From positions 4,836,001 through 4,900,000 of the forward strand of contig CM102287.1 in NCBI GenBank assembly GCA_046563655.1: DNA of 64,000 nucleotides, read 5' to 3'. The notes under the pieces are model-generated. The model was not told where the DNA came from. It did no database searches and saw only the letters and a program-made list of their open reading frames with translations. This document shows, one piece after another, positions 26,401 through 39,513 of the stretch (within the stretch, counting starts at the first letter, position 1; every line of letters starts with the position of its first letter). The translations under genes and the position numbers were made by a program. Source of the DNA: Yuukianura sp. NJ FZ-2021 (Eukaryota).

Positions 26401-29116
26401 TGCAGATTAAACGCAACCACCACTTTCTCCTCGAATCTAACGTCCCAGTCTAACTTCAACCTAACCTTAAGCCCCTACCCGAACGTCCAAAAGGCTGTCT
26501 AGGTCGTTTGTTTTCCAATTGAGCAGTTTGTGTTGGAGAAAAGAGAAAGTTGTGCTCTGGTGCCTCTGCATATTTCCCTGGAGAAAGTCGGGGTTTGAAA
26601 TACAACGCCTAATGGGCTCTCCAATTAGCCCAATCCCTCACTCTCAATTAAAACTAACACTTACACACAATCACCCCAAAACACAATCCATCATTCACAA
26701 CATTGGTCACATCGTTCTCAACACCATTCGCAACATTTTCTAGTGCACTATTCTAACTGTTCATGAGATTCTTAGCATTTTTTCACAATATATAGCAGTT
26801 ACAGGTATTCACAATATCATTGTGTGCTTAATATATACATTATTATTATAATGTAAATGCTATCGTGAATGTGGTGAATTCTTCAATTCTCAGAGTTCAC
26901 AACATTCACAAGTAATCAATTCACAGCATAACTACGAAAACAGAAAAGAAGAAAAATGGAAATTCAACTTTCTCCACAATTAAAAATGCTAATGTCAAAT
27001 TTTGAAAAAATTGACCGGTGACAAGGAACAGTATTTTAAGTTGGTTGAGAACAATTTTCGTTTAGAGTAAACCCGTGACCTTTTGACCTCTTCGCTTTTT
27101 TTTTCTGTGTAGAGTGTAAAGTAAAAGTAGTAAAAGCAAATGTAAAAGTGAGAGTGGATGAAGGTGGGTGTTAAAAGGAACCCATTCTTGAGTCTCCTGC
27201 TTTCTTTTATTGTTGGCTTTTACTTTTTCCAGCATCAAAGGAGAGTTTTGGGATTGAGTAATATTTGTGTGAGTGGTGTACGACCTCTGACCTCGTGTAA
27301 TTCCTGTTGGGATGCAGAACATGTCTTGCCCATAAAATATGCCAAGAGTCACAAGGATTCAGAGCTAAGGCCTGACAGAGTGGAGTTGAATAGGCCACAC
27401 ACTAGATTTATTACACAAAGAGTCCCGGTCCCACCCAAAGTCAAAACTTTCAATTCCCACGCCACCATAATAACACAAACCCAAATTCATCTTTAGAGAA
27501 GATCTCTCGGATCTTCTCAACTATAAACAAAAACAATCAATTCCGCTTGCAATTTACAGGTCACTTACCGGAATTCTGGACACGGACGTTAGGAGAACAG
27601 AATCAGAGTTGTTGGAATCTGGACTGTCACTGCTTTCGCCTGGAGCTCTTCCTGGGTGTGAATACATGAATTCAAAATGTGAAGAGTCACCACTGACCCC
27701 TTGACCTTGACCTTGACCTCCGCGTGACGAAGCGTGTCGTCCTGGTCCATGTCTGTCTTGATCTACTCTTCGTTTCACCTAAGAAATCAAACAAAGTTTA
27801 ATTCAAACACTCAAAAGATACATTTTCTTATAAAAAATCAAAAAAGAAGGAAGAAAGTGGTTTTCAAGCACGCACTTAAAGTGAAATCCTGCTGTTTTTC
27901 TAAAAATTGAAAACAAAAGAAGAATCCTGCTGGTTTCAAAAGCTTTAAACTCGTAGAAATTCTCTGTTTTGCAAACACACAAAAAAACGAACTTTTTCCT
28001 AGTTCTGAAAAGTGAAAGTTTTTTGTTTGGAAAAAAAAACTAGCGCTTTCCTCTCCGGCTTTGATTGAGTTGGTTGGAAATAATTAAAATTAATTCAATT
28101 TGCAAATATAACACAAAAGTTACCACGGTTCTCATTTCATTTGGAGAAAGTTGGGACATTCGAAGCGGAACTTCCAGGAAAAAGTTATTGGAAAATTTCT
28201 GTTTTGTGTATGTGAATATTTGTTGAATTCCAAAAGTCCAACAAGTTCCTTGTTTGGATTCCGGTACAAAATTTATTGGCGGGGATAAATTCCATGCCAT
28301 TCCCTCTTTCTCTGGATTGTGGAGAGTTTAAACTGGAGAAAGTTGTTCTTTTGGAGGGAGCTGCATGTGGAAATTAGTTTATAGGAGCACGCAGAATACT
28401 ACTACGTGTTCCTTGGCACAAAATTCACATTCATTTCCACTCCACCATCCACTTTCTCCCTCAGAATCGCAAACACAGAAATTTGATAGTCTAATTGGAT
28501 TCTGCCAAGCAACAACTACAACTCTCCGTATTTACAACCCTCAACTATTACTTTTGTTCTGTCTCCACCTCAATTGCTTTCTAAACATCCAAATTCTGTT
28601 TCAAATTCTCCAAAAAGTGACAAAACTCGTACGAAATTTTCACAAAACTGATCGAAAATTTGAAAAAAATTTCTCCCGTGCTGCGGCGTAGGGTGGTAAA
28701 CAACAAACAAAAAATAAAAAATAAGCATTAATTTTTTCTGCCATTTCCATTTTTAGTTTAAAGTGTAAATTTTGGAGTTCAAATTAACTTACTCTGTTGA
28801 TTGGCTGCTTCTCCACGGGAGTTTCTGTGACCTTTTGACCTTGAACTTTCACTTGACCAGAAATTGTTCTAACTTGCTCTTCGAGCGTAGACAGACGAAA
28901 GTGAAAAGAAGTTGCAGTGATTAAAATCGCACTAACAAGCACAGTTAGGAAAAACAATTTGGCACTTTTGGAGTTCCAGAAGCACCGGATTCCATTGATG
29001 AACTTGGCGGGAAAGTTTGACTCTAACGGAAAAAGACGTTCAGAGTCCTCTTCATCTCCCTCCAACTTTGTCAAAAAAGTGTCTTTTGGCTTCGGCCGAC
29101 CTTGACCTTTGGCCAT
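17426..29116 (-). CDS. Colmedin/gliomedin-like type II membrane protein: TM, furin site, collagen repeats, 2 Ig domains, olfactomedin domain
   Basis: TM LFFLTVLVSAILITA and a furin-type site NR|VKR. SRIP|VMAIQDFCSKTKDYC precedes Gly-X-Y microexons (25.6-24.05 kb). Ig1: EGETVRLRCSATGSPVPRITW. Ig2: LECEVEAFP...DLGLYFCIAKN. Olfactomedin: GSWMRE...AVDENGLWAIY...CGSLVASS...FTNPFMQTSMVSYNP...DAGNLLVYPV. Confidence 0.9.
20416..20429. promoter_or_regulatory. RFX X-box motif GTTTCCGTGGAAAC
   Basis: A near-palindromic 14-bp match to the X-box consensus, about 150 bp upstream of the nested ATG at 20583. Confidence 0.65.
20583..21292 (+). CDS. Nested 94-aa CEP15/C3orf14 (DUF4570)-like protein; exons 20583-20635, 20938-21067, 21191-21292
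   Basis: Three exons (53+130+102 = 285 nt) with GT-AG introns give one open frame: MEKVVADEQAVNARLAALEERRRALGSRLIDLRSIKAPGDLALIHAHLHQAALQRNAALLQEVDLATGKLHTRTLLPMHHKVLALRKAYIDKRP*. The pattern RNxxLLxE/D...LxTR...P...VxxL...Y resembles C3orf14 as recalled. Confidence 0.72.
25045..25210. repeat. AT-rich intronic minisatellite (ATTATAA / CATTATAAA variants)
   Basis: Tandem degenerate ATTATAAA(A/C) units in a colmedin intron. Confidence 0.85.
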
Positions 29117-29932
29117 GTCACTTGACCTTTGACCTTGACCTGAACTTTCAAAAATTAGACCTCACCTCCACTTTCTACCATTTTGGTTGAAACTAGAAAT
29201 TTAACACATCTTGTCAACAAGTGTAAGTTGATTGTACTTGAGAAAGTTTGCTTTCACTCACCAGAAGAACAACGAAACGAGCCCGTCTTGAGAGAAGACT
29301 GAGCGTGAAACCCGCTTTGTCCTCGTGATTTTGAGTCTGCTGAAGACGCTGGAAGCGCAAACGCTGAAACGCTGATCTTTAGCAACACTTCAGCCGAACT
29401 TCAGTTTAAATTGATGTTTTAAAGTAGTGTCTCCGTTATCACCGCTCCTCTTCCTCTTGTACTGACTGGACATGTTTCAGCGGATGTAAAGCGTCAGTTA
29501 TCAGTTGACCTCTTTCTGTCTCATTCATGTTTAGCATTTTAGGTTAGTTAGGCTGTCACGGGTTAGGTTAGTTAGGTTTTCCGGAAGTTTTCTTGGAGTC
29601 GCGTAGTCAACAACTGAAGTTTGCGTGGAAGTGGGCCAGTGGGAAGCGACATCGCTGGAATTTAATTTGTGAAGTTATGGTTGCGTAGTTAAGATGACTG
29701 TGTTCACATGATGATGCACTTTACGTCTTTATTCATGAGAGTCTTCTTAATGACATGAAGAATCTCAAAGGGAGCAGTGAAGTGTTGGATAATCCGCCCC
29801 AAGAACACGTTCTGGCGCCCTTTGCGTTTCCAGCATCCACTTTCGTACTTTCACCTCCTCTTTCCGTCTTAAATCCACCAGAAACAAAGCCTCTAAATTG
29901 TCTTCCACAAATAGCCACACATACACACACTA

Positions 29933-30708
29933 CCGTATTTTCGCGTCTATAATACGCGTATTATCTATGAAATTTGAAGGAATTCTGGCGAGAATTTTTT
30001 TTTATTTCGAAATCAAAGAAAATTTTTCACTGTGTAATGATGGTTTAGCTACTAAACCTAAACTAAAACGAGATTATTTTAACTCCAACTCGTCAAATCC
30101 GTCGAAAAAGTCTCCCAACATATTCTAGCATTCATCCTAGAAGACCCGCAATTTGCCTTTAAAGGAGTTGTTCACCGAAAGGTCAAGTGGCTGCAGAAGC
30201 TTGGTTAATTCCTCTGGAATTATCGCAAGCTCAGTGTGGCGCTGAACAACTTCCTTGACCTCTGGGGTCAAATGTGCGGTGCAGACATCATAAACGAGAA
30301 GTGACTCAACTTTTACCGGCTTTTTCAAAAATGCAGATTTCCGTTTATGGAATACATTGGGCATCCAATGTTCCATTATTTCTGCATTTACAACCCCTTT
30401 GGATTTGCACGGACCAAAATGCAAGCAAAAATTTCCTTTGGAATTGTCTTCATTTTAAAAATCACCAGGGTTATCAACTCTTCTATGTCAGTTAAAGTCA
30501 AAAGTATAAAAAAATTAAATTATAAATTAAAAAAATATAAATTAAAAAAATATAAAGTACAATCAAATTTAAAAAAAAAGTTTTCAGAAAAATGAATTAT
30601 ACGTAGATTGGGAAGCTTAAAACGCATTGTTCCCGCCCAAACCCAGTTTTAGTAAATTTTGAGACTGCGTACTATACACGGGAGCGTATTATAGACGCGA
30701 AAATACGG
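29933..30708 (-). mobile_element. Non-autonomous pogo-like (Tc1/mariner superfamily) DNA transposon, 776 bp, with DDE transposase remnant
   Basis: TA|CCGTATTTTCGCGTCTATAATACGC ... GCGTATTATAGACGCGAAAATACGG|TA gives 25-bp perfect TIRs and a TA TSD. The internal ORF 30137-30424 (LLVYDVCTAHLT...LAIIPEELTKLLQPLDLSVNNSFK) is the pogo/CENP-B DDE_1 signature. Confidence 0.93.
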
Positions 30709-30711
30709 TAT

Positions 30712-30820
30712 CATCTTCTTAAAGCTTCAGTAGCATCTTCTTAATGCCTCGGCAGCATCTGAGTAAAGCTTCGCCAGCATTTTCTTGAATCTTCTGCAGC
30801 ATGGCCTTAAACCTTCAGCA
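30712..30820. repeat. Degenerate ~22-bp tandem repeat, ~5 copies
   Basis: CATCTTCTTAAAGCTTCAGTAG / CATCTTCTTAATGCCTCGGCAG / CATCTGAGTAAAGCTTCGCCAG / CATTTTCTTGAATCTTCTGCAG, directly after the pogo TSD. Confidence 0.7.
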
Positions 30821-31496
30821 TTGCTTCGACGGGTTCAATTTTCGGAGGATTTTCAAAAACCCATTTGAAAAAGGAACGACGCCTTTCCAAAAATTATACC
30901 AAACAGTTTTCGTTTTTCGTCCAAAATGGTTTCAAAAAGTTCTTGAGTTGAAGTCGACTTCTGTTGGATTTTTGAACGGTGACAGGAGGATGCTTTCACT
31001 TTGTCTTCGTTTGTGGTGAGACTGGAAATCGGGCGTGAAGCGGAAGTTGTGTCGTCCGTGATGAGGAAATGCATCAATCTACAAGAAAAATAAAGTTTTC
31101 AAAAACGTGTTTTGGAGAAAGTTGCACATCAGAATTGATTTTTTGATTATTCCGAACGTTTCAAACCGGAAATGCGGTCGTTAGTCTCATGTTGAGGAAG
31201 GGACGCATCATTACAGAGAAAAGGGATATGAAAATCCATTGTCCAAATTGACCATCACAAAAGTCCATTTTTCTCTGAAAAACAGCAAAAAACAAACTGA
31301 AAACCAAGCTTTTAGTCTAAATTTTTTAGTGTTTTCAAAAAAAAATGTTTAAAAACTTAGACCTTTTGTTGAAGTGATAATTAGTTCCTCCAAATCCTTC
31401 AAGTTTGTTCCAGAAATAGCAGGGGACTTAAGGGTAGTCCATTGTTTGACCAAGAAAATGCGTCAGTGCTCAATTCGATTGCGAAAGACCCATAAA

Positions 31497-32687
31497 ATGT
31501 CTTTAACTTTTGTTTTCTTCTTGCTCGTGTCCAACGTCCCTTTGACATGGCTCAACCGTACAAACGTGTCAAGGTCACCAAGGGTCAAGCGCCAAACCGA
31601 AGATTTCAACGCCGGAGGCCTTCCGAGTCACCTTCCATCTCCGCCAGAACATCCTGAAAAACCTGCGTCTACAGGGAAGCCTCAGATGCAAGGTCAGATT
31701 GGAGCTCAAGGTCACGGCCACGGTCAGATTCACGGTCAGGGTCCTCCTCTTCATCCACTGTACCACGATGACATGATGGCCTACGAACATGAAGAAATGT
31801 ATCACTATTACAACTACGATCCTTTCTACAACCCTCCCGAAACTCACCACCAATTTCCGAGTACATCCGAAGATCAAAATCAAACGAAATCGGAAGATGC
31901 CGAAAAAGACAAAAAGAAAGAAAAACCAGACGAACCTGCGCCGTTTGGCCTCGACGAAACCATTTTGATTCTTGTTCCACAGTTCAAGTACACAATTCAT
32001 GGATTCCCGGAGTGGGCAGGAGCCAGTGTTCGTCTATCCGTGGCTTTCACAAGTAAGCAAGTAATGTCAGGGTCAAGGGATGAAACTCTTGAAAATCAAA
32101 AACATCCACATTTTAAAATTTAGTGTCGCTTTCTGTTCTTACCGTTTTACCTCTCTCCAGTATTTTTCGACGAGTTGGACTGGACTCCGGATCCTCCACC
32201 CCCTCCAGAACGTCGCCGTCGTTCCTTCTTAGACAGAATTCCGGGTCAAGGTCAAAGTCGTAGCAGACGATCCAAATCAATCCTGTCCCTTCCACCCCCA
32301 GATTCGCTTGTAGGGGGAGAACGAGCCACTTTGATTCCAAAAGTAGAAAAAATCCTGGGTGGAACCGGCGTTGGAGATTCCAGAGCTTGTCTTCTGCGCA
32401 GTGTCTGTGAAGTCCATGCAGAACAGATTGAAAAGACGTACGGATTCTTCGGGGAATTCATGAAACAACTCTTCAGGTAAAAAATCTTATACAAGTACAC
32501 CTAAAATGTCAAAGATTATGTTAATTAACTATTTTAGTTATGAATTAATAAGTTATTCCTGTACAGTGTCAGCCGTTCGCAGTATTCCGAGACTCACTTG
32601 GCCTCGTATCTGGCAGCAGAGCGACAAGGTAGGAGAGGCAACTGTTCTGAATATTTTCAGAAGTGCGAGCACTCACTGTTTCACTAA
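31497..32687 (+). CDS. Secreted DM4/DM12-family protein, 3 exons (start could be 31458)
   Basis: Hydrophobic N-terminus MSLTFVFFLLVS and an RVKR processing site. The C-terminus GDSRACLLRSVCEV...GFFGEFMKQLF|SVS...YLAAERQGRRGNCSEYFQKCEHSLF* follows the DM4/DM12 cysteine pattern. Confidence 0.78.
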
Positions 32688-32862
32688 AATTATAAAGTTT
32701 TAAAATAATTTGTTATAATAATACAATAATGTATAAGAATATTATCGTATTTTTAAAATAATTGAATTCCGACTTCAAAATTTGGTTTTATTAAAATTTC
32801 GTAATGATTCTGAGGACGCAATCGCTGAAATGTCATCAATCAGAGTGCTGATGCTGCATCAG

Positions 32863-35475
32863 TTAGACGTAATTGAGCAAACTGCTGCAGCACGCGTCGA
32901 AAGAGTAGTCAGTTTGTTCGTCCTTCTCGCTCTTTTCGTCTTTAGCCGACCCAGGTCCACTGCTATCTTTGTGCAAATGACCAATGATCCGCTCAGCCTC
33001 TCTCACTCCAGAATCATAAGCACCGTGGACAGTGGAATAGAAGCAGTAGTGTGTAGCTTCTCCAGCAAAGCAAATGACCTTTGACCACAATTAATCCATT
33101 ACTCAATCCACATTCAAAGTTATTACGTATTTTAGTTAAGTAAGACATACCGGTTTCTTGGTAGGAGTCAAAATAGGTGCGGCCAATTCCGCTGCACTGA
33201 CAGCATGTTGCTCAGTTGAAACTGTTCGGAAACTGTAGGATCCGCGAGTCAGAGGATTCGTCTTCCATGTACTTCGTAAAAGGGCTACTGGCGGTGGGAC
33301 AGTAAATACTGCTCCGACAAACTTCTGCAGCACCTTGACCAAATGCTTCTGGAGCGTCTCTGTGTCCAGCATCTCCATGCATTCAGCTGCTGGTCCAGTG
33401 ACCCACGTGACAAGCGTCTTGGGCTGATTTTTCAAAGTGTAGAAGCCTAGGAGACTACGACACCAATGCGGAATTCCATTCTCGTCTTCTTGCAACAGGG
33501 CACTGGGCGCAACGCCTGGAACCCAATGTTGATGGACCTAAAACGACGTCCATCGGTTATCATATTTTCATTTTATTAAATAAATAAATAAATAAAATAA
33601 ATAAGACTTTTGACTATCGAATGGTGACCTTGCAGCAGTCGTCCCAAATGAAGTTGAAACCCAACGATTTTTCTGGCCACCACGAAGTAAAAAACTCCAG
33701 AAAGACTTTGTCGACAACTCCAAATCCGAGATGCTGCAAAACAGATTAATATTATTTATTATATATAAAAAAAGAATTATGATTTTTAGTAGTTTTGGTA
33801 TTTGGTTTTCGGGTTTGGTTGGACTAACCTCGATTGCATTGACTTTTTCAAGTGGAAGTGGTGGACTAAACAGTTTTCCATGTTTGGTCTTCAGTACACC
33901 CAAAGAAACAGTACAAACGACGTAGTCGGCATTGTACTTCTTCCCATCTTTGCACTGAACTATCACCTCCTAAAAAGAAGCGCCACAAAAATTCCAAGGC
34001 AAAATTTTCCAAAATTTTGAAATAATGGTTTTCGGAAACATTGCAAAGTTTACATCATCTCCAACATAAGTGATTGACTTCACTTCCTTTCTCAGGTGGA
34101 TCCACGTTGGCAATTCGTCAATACGGTTTAGTCCTTTTGGACGGCCATTCTGCAACACAAGGTTAAAGTAACGATTAGCTCACATAAGGAGAGATTAGAG
34201 GGAAAAACTTTTGAAAGTTTGAAACAGGACCAAAAAGATTTCGGACCAAAACTGGTCCCAATATTTTTCGGATCCAGAAAAAAAACTTTTTTTAACAACT
34301 TTTTCGAAAAAAAAATTTTTTTTTCGTGGATTTCACTTTTTTTCGACGTTTTAAACCATTTCCAATCGTTTTCTGCAAACAAAATTTTGGTGGGAAGACC
34401 CTTGGCATGTTTTTGGACTTTGCCATTTTTTGACTTTTCGAAAATGATGGGAAGGGAACATTTTCTGAAAATTTCAACCTGGTCCCAAATTTTTTCGGAT
34501 CCAGAAAAAAAAACTTTTTTCGTCAACTTTTACAAAAAAAAAATTTTTTTTTTTCGAAAGTTTTGTTCTAGTTTGAAAGTTTGGAGAAAATTACGATTAG
34601 AAGTTGGAGAAGGGTGTTGTAGGACGCCGGTTTCTTCCAGGAAATGGTTGGATTCCCTTCACAAGAAGCGTATTGCAGTTGACCTCTGCAGGACGTTACA
34701 AACCATGACTCTGCACCATCAATGTGATTCTACAATTTCAAAATGTCAATTAATCCAACTAAATTGTAACCAAAACTTTTTAGTTTTGAATTTTTCCAAA
34801 TTATGGTAATTGCAAATGACCTGGAAACGGTGAATCCAGTCCAGGACTCCAGCGCAGACGGCCTCTTGCGTATGAATCGGAGCCTCTTCGTTGGCCTTCC
34901 AGAAAATCCTTTCTGTAAAGTGACCTAGCGGTTCGTTGTCCTTGATTCCCAGCGCAGAAGTAGCTGTGACACGGAGTTTGTCCAGCAACTCGTCCACTCT
35001 GTCCGAGACCGAGTCAGGCAGAAATTCACCCTTCTGTGTCACGTACATCGAACTCAGGCCAAACTGCCAACAAAAGTTACATTTCAGATAACATTCAAAA
35101 TTTTGAGAAAATGTTTTTGCAAAACTTGCTTTATCCGAGACATGATCATCTTCCAGCAGATCATAAGGAGCAGCAAGGGAGTAGATGCTATTTCCATTCT
35201 CTCCATGTACCCACTGAGCACCAAGTTCCACTTGACCTCCCTCCCCTAAAAACGAAAAACGAAACTTTAACATTTTTTTTTGCTTTCAAAAAGTGAAGAG
35301 GTCAAAATTCACCGAATTCTGCCGATTTGACCCGTCCACCGATCGTATCTGCAGCTTCCAGTAGAGTCACATTTAGTCCAGGAACTGAGCTCAGTTTGAC
35401 TCCACACGCAAGTCCTGCCACACCACTGCCAACAATCACGACATGCTTCGTATTCTTCGTAGCACTCTCATCCAT
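32863..35475 (-). CDS. Spermine oxidase / polyamine oxidase-like flavin amine oxidase
   Basis: VVIVGSGVAGLACG...LEAADTIGGRV (FAD-binding), VELGAQWVHGENGN, ADYVVCTVSLGVLK, WKTNPLTRGSYS and FAGEATHYCFYSTVHGAYDSGVREAERI. Confidence 0.93.
34252..34557. repeat. Intronic direct duplication of a ~75-bp unit
   Basis: CTGGTCCCAA..TTTTTCGGATCCAGAAAAAAAAACTTTTTT..CAACTTTT..AAAAAAAAATTTTTTTTTCG occurs at ~34252 and ~34479. Confidence 0.75.
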
Positions 35476-36467
35476 GTTAAAATTTGCAATTTTGAGGCGT
35501 TGCAAACTTGTTAATTGGTTGGCATGAATTTGGTTACTGAATGATCCTGACTGAGAATTTAGAACTTCGAGCAACACTCGTAGTCGGCTGGACAAAGATT
35601 TTGTTGAAGTGTGAAAAACACAAAACATGAACGTACTTTTCCAGTCGTTGTGGCATCGTGTCTGTTTAAAACGCTGATGTCATGGTAATTAAAAACATCT
35701 TCTTAAGCCAAATGGCAAGTGCGAATTGTCCCTCTGCACAAACAGCAACATGACACTCTGCAATCCGCATTCTCTGCAAACCACAAATCGATCAAGCAAT
35801 CATGTTTCATCAGCAATAAATAATGTTTGAAGCTCTACTTTTTTATCCTCTTCATTCACACTTCCTCTGTCTACTAACAAAACAAACAACTTCGTTCCAA
35901 TTTGCACACTCAAAAGCCCAATCCTATCCAATCATAAATAAAAAACGTTCGTGTTATTTCTATCTTTATCTTGCTTCTTGCAAATTGTAACTTCTAACCT
36001 CCAGCCAGTAAAACCACACAATTTACTCCGTGGCGTGATGTTGACAGTTCCAACTTTTGCGTCAACCATGGGATGCTATTAATCTTAATTTACAAATTTT
36101 AGCAAAGGAGACGAGATAGTACTAAGCACTTAAGTCGAAATTTTGTAAAATTTCAGGTCAAAGGTCAAGTTTATACCTATTGTCGAGAAGGTCAAGTGCA
36201 ATTGGAAAATCTGGTGGAGTTAAGCCAGCTAGAGCGTGTGATGCGACGATCAGCTGATTCGTGTCAACAAATCCTTGGACTTGTGAAATGTTTTCAGAAG
36301 TGTGAAATTGAATCGAATTCTCGTTACAATAAAACTTAGCGGAAGTTTTAGTTACCTTTTTAACAACAATCAACTTATTGTTCGTCTTGTGCCATTATTC
36401 TTCCAAGTCCAACTATACTAAGCTAGGACGCAGGGAGCGGAAACGAACCACTTTTTGTTCCAAAATC

Positions 36468-39400
36468 ATGAAATTACTCCAGAAATCCACCACCACGAAC
36501 TGGATTTCACACCAAACCCATCATTATCGCAATTACCACTTTCAAAAACTTGGTTTAGTACACCACAGACACAATTATTTTGGACAATGCACACTAACAC
36601 ATCATTCGTTGAAGCTTCAGACAAAATCAGGTTAGCCTTAACAGACGTCATAGTCTGAATTCTGAAATGATTCTTACTAGGATGTATATTTTGTTTTTCC
36701 CAAAGTACCTGTTGTCACATTCTCACGGAATCTGCCGTATTCTACTGTGTTACAAAAACAACGGAGAAACCGAAAGGGAGTGAATTCGGATTCGGAGCAT
36801 CATCAGCAGGAAAGCACAACACTTTCACTTTCCCCGGATTCGGGTAATATCAAAGTTCAACAACCTGCACTTCCTGAATATCAAAAGAACATACTATCTA
36901 ATTTATTTAGGATGGGGGCAGAGGTCGTCTCCTACGCACCGTGAGTTCCACACGGCAGCAAAGCTTAGCAGTATCATGTCAACAATTTTAAGTCCCACTG
37001 GAACTTCACCAACGTCACCACTTGGTCTGTCCAAGTCCCCCATGTCATCGTCCCTCAACTTGTCTGGAGAGGAGAACGACGACATCAAGGCCCTTTCAGC
37101 CGGGTTTGACCGTCGAAGGACTCTGAGACGACGACTTTCCACGGCATTTGACCCACCACAGGAAGGAGAGGGCAAGTCAGCTGACAAACTACTGACTGAA
37201 GCACAACAACACCGTGACAGTATTAAGGAAGTTGACGAGGTTCCGGGTAGCGAAGTATTAACTGAAATTGCCAAGGTCAAAGTTCAAGACGTTTTGGCCC
37301 AACTGGAGAGAGTCATTTCCTACCGTGGAAGACACGTTTCGCATATCATTGTAGAGGTAAAAGAAAATCCAATTTAAAAAATCTCCGAGTTTTCAAAATT
37401 TTGCATTTCTTTTCAATTTCAGAAAGAAGTCAAGGAGTTGTGCACTGCCTACGACTTGTTAGAAGAGCATGAGAAGTTGACCTTTCTAAGTACGCTTGCC
37501 CTGAAACACAGTGTAGATCACGATGTCGTCAAGAAGCTCGGAAGATCTTTAGCAGAGTGCAACGTAAGGATTCCAAACGTTAGCCAATTTAGCCTAAACT
37601 TTTGAAACGCATAATTTTACCGGAACTACTAGGATGAGAATACTGAGTTGGCGATTCACGAGAGACTCCGGACGGCGTTGATCCCTCGCTATCAATGGCT
37701 ATTTTCACAAATTGGACGACTCGAAGGAGGTGTTAAATTCCTCGTGGATTTCAGAACTGACTTGTCAGTGAGTCCCCATTTCGAAATTTTTTCGCAACCA
37801 AAATTTTGAAACAAAATTCTCAAAATGCCTAAAATCTTTACATTTGCTGTAGGAAATCAGTGCCAAATACGGCGACTCATCCCTCCATCTGAAGACGATG
37901 AACAACACGCTGCGTGACAAAATTGAAATGTGGTTTGCTATTGGATTTCTCAACTTGGAACGTGTCACTTGGAACTCTCCTTGCGACATGCTCCAGAAGG
38001 TAGTCTTAAAGTCATGCTGAATTTTTCGAATTTGGAAACACGGAATTTTCTAAGCCAGTGAATTTCTAGATTGTTTGAATTGCTTTGGTGTTTTACTATT
38101 TTTGAAGATCTCAGAATACGAAGCTGTTCACCCCATGCGGAACTGGACTGATCTGAAACAGCGCGTGGGGAACTATAGACGATGTTATGTCTTTACCCAC
38201 GGAAGCATGCCAGGCGAACCAGTAGTCGTCCTCCACACTGCACTTACTGATCATATCCCGTCAAGCATCGGCTACATCGTTACCAACGCTCGTATGCGCC
38301 TCATGTCAGGTACTACAACAAAAATCGTTTTCGCTACTTAAATACAAGTAGTGCAACACAACTTGTAACCATTGACCTAAACTTACTTCTTAGAAAATCT
38401 GCTCATTTTCATTTTTAAATTTCAGTGGACAGCAACTCTGACTTTGGAAGCAGAGGAGCAGAAGATCCTGGCTCTATCACGACAGCCATCTTCTACTCAA
38501 TCACCTCAACACAAAAAGGCTTAGCTGTAACTTATCACTCCAAAATTTCAATATATCTTCATTTTTCAAAATTTTGAAATTCCAGAATTTCCATTTCCAG
38601 GGAATCGAGCTTGGAAACTACTTGATCAAACGGGTCGTAAAAGAGCTTCAGAAGGAATTCCCTAAGATGACAGTTTTCTCCAGCCTGTCTCCGATTCCAG
38701 GATTCAAAAGCTGGTTCATCACGGAAATCAAGACAGCACTCAAAACTCCATCTTCTGAAAATCCGAAAATAATCACTGCAGAAGAGATGGCCAAATTCAG
38801 TGTACTTCTGGGCTGTGCGGCAACTGACGAAGAAGTACTGGAAAGAGTGCTGACGCTGATTGCAAACAACGATTGGGTGGAAGATGACCAACTGATGAAT
38901 GCCCTGGAACATATTCTCATGAGACACTGTGCTCGATACCTCGTTCTAGTCAAGCGAAGGGGCTTCGCACTCAACTCAGTCGGTCAGAATTCATCAACTG
39001 ACTTACATTAATCTTAACAATTAATTAAGCTAATCACAGTAATGCTCTCATAACTTTCCGTTTTCTTACTAGCCAACTTTCATTTGAAAAATGGAGCTGT
39101 CGTGTGGCGTTTAAATTGGAAGGCCAACATGAAACCCAGAGGTAAGAAATTCGAAATTTCAGTTTCCGCGTCGTGCTTTGGCTAATTCCATAACTTAATT
39201 TTTAATTTAATGACAATTTACTTAATTAGGTGTTAATGAATCGTGTGGAATCATGGTCAACTATCGGTAAGAACTTCCCTAACTTATCATATTCCACCGA
39301 ATTCAAGCCTAACTGTAAATCATTTTAGCCTAACATATAACGAATATTTGCAGATACTTTTTGGACGACTGCGAATTGAACAGTCAGCAGTACATGGAGA

Positions 39401-39513
39401 GTCAACGTATCAAAAGTTCTGATCAAGTGAAGCACCTACTTCGCTCTTTTTCATCAAGCGACCTCTCACCCTCCACCCCTCCCCCGCAGTCTCATCCAGT
39501 TCAAATCAAATAA
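36468..39513 (+). CDS. MLYCD: Malonyl-CoA decarboxylase, multi-exon; 5' exons tentative
   Basis: [108 protein letters not shown]...[10 protein letters not shown] and [15 protein letters not shown]...[10 protein letters not shown]. Confidence 0.95.

Noticed and set aside
29540..29580. Scattered TTAGG/GGTTAG runs as an interstitial telomere or second copy of the MITE
   Set aside because: The runs are short and imperfect, with no flanking TIRs or TSD.
34128..34809. 132-aa and 196-aa Lys/Phe-rich ORFs
   Set aside because: They arise from poly-A/T tracts of the duplicated intronic repeat.
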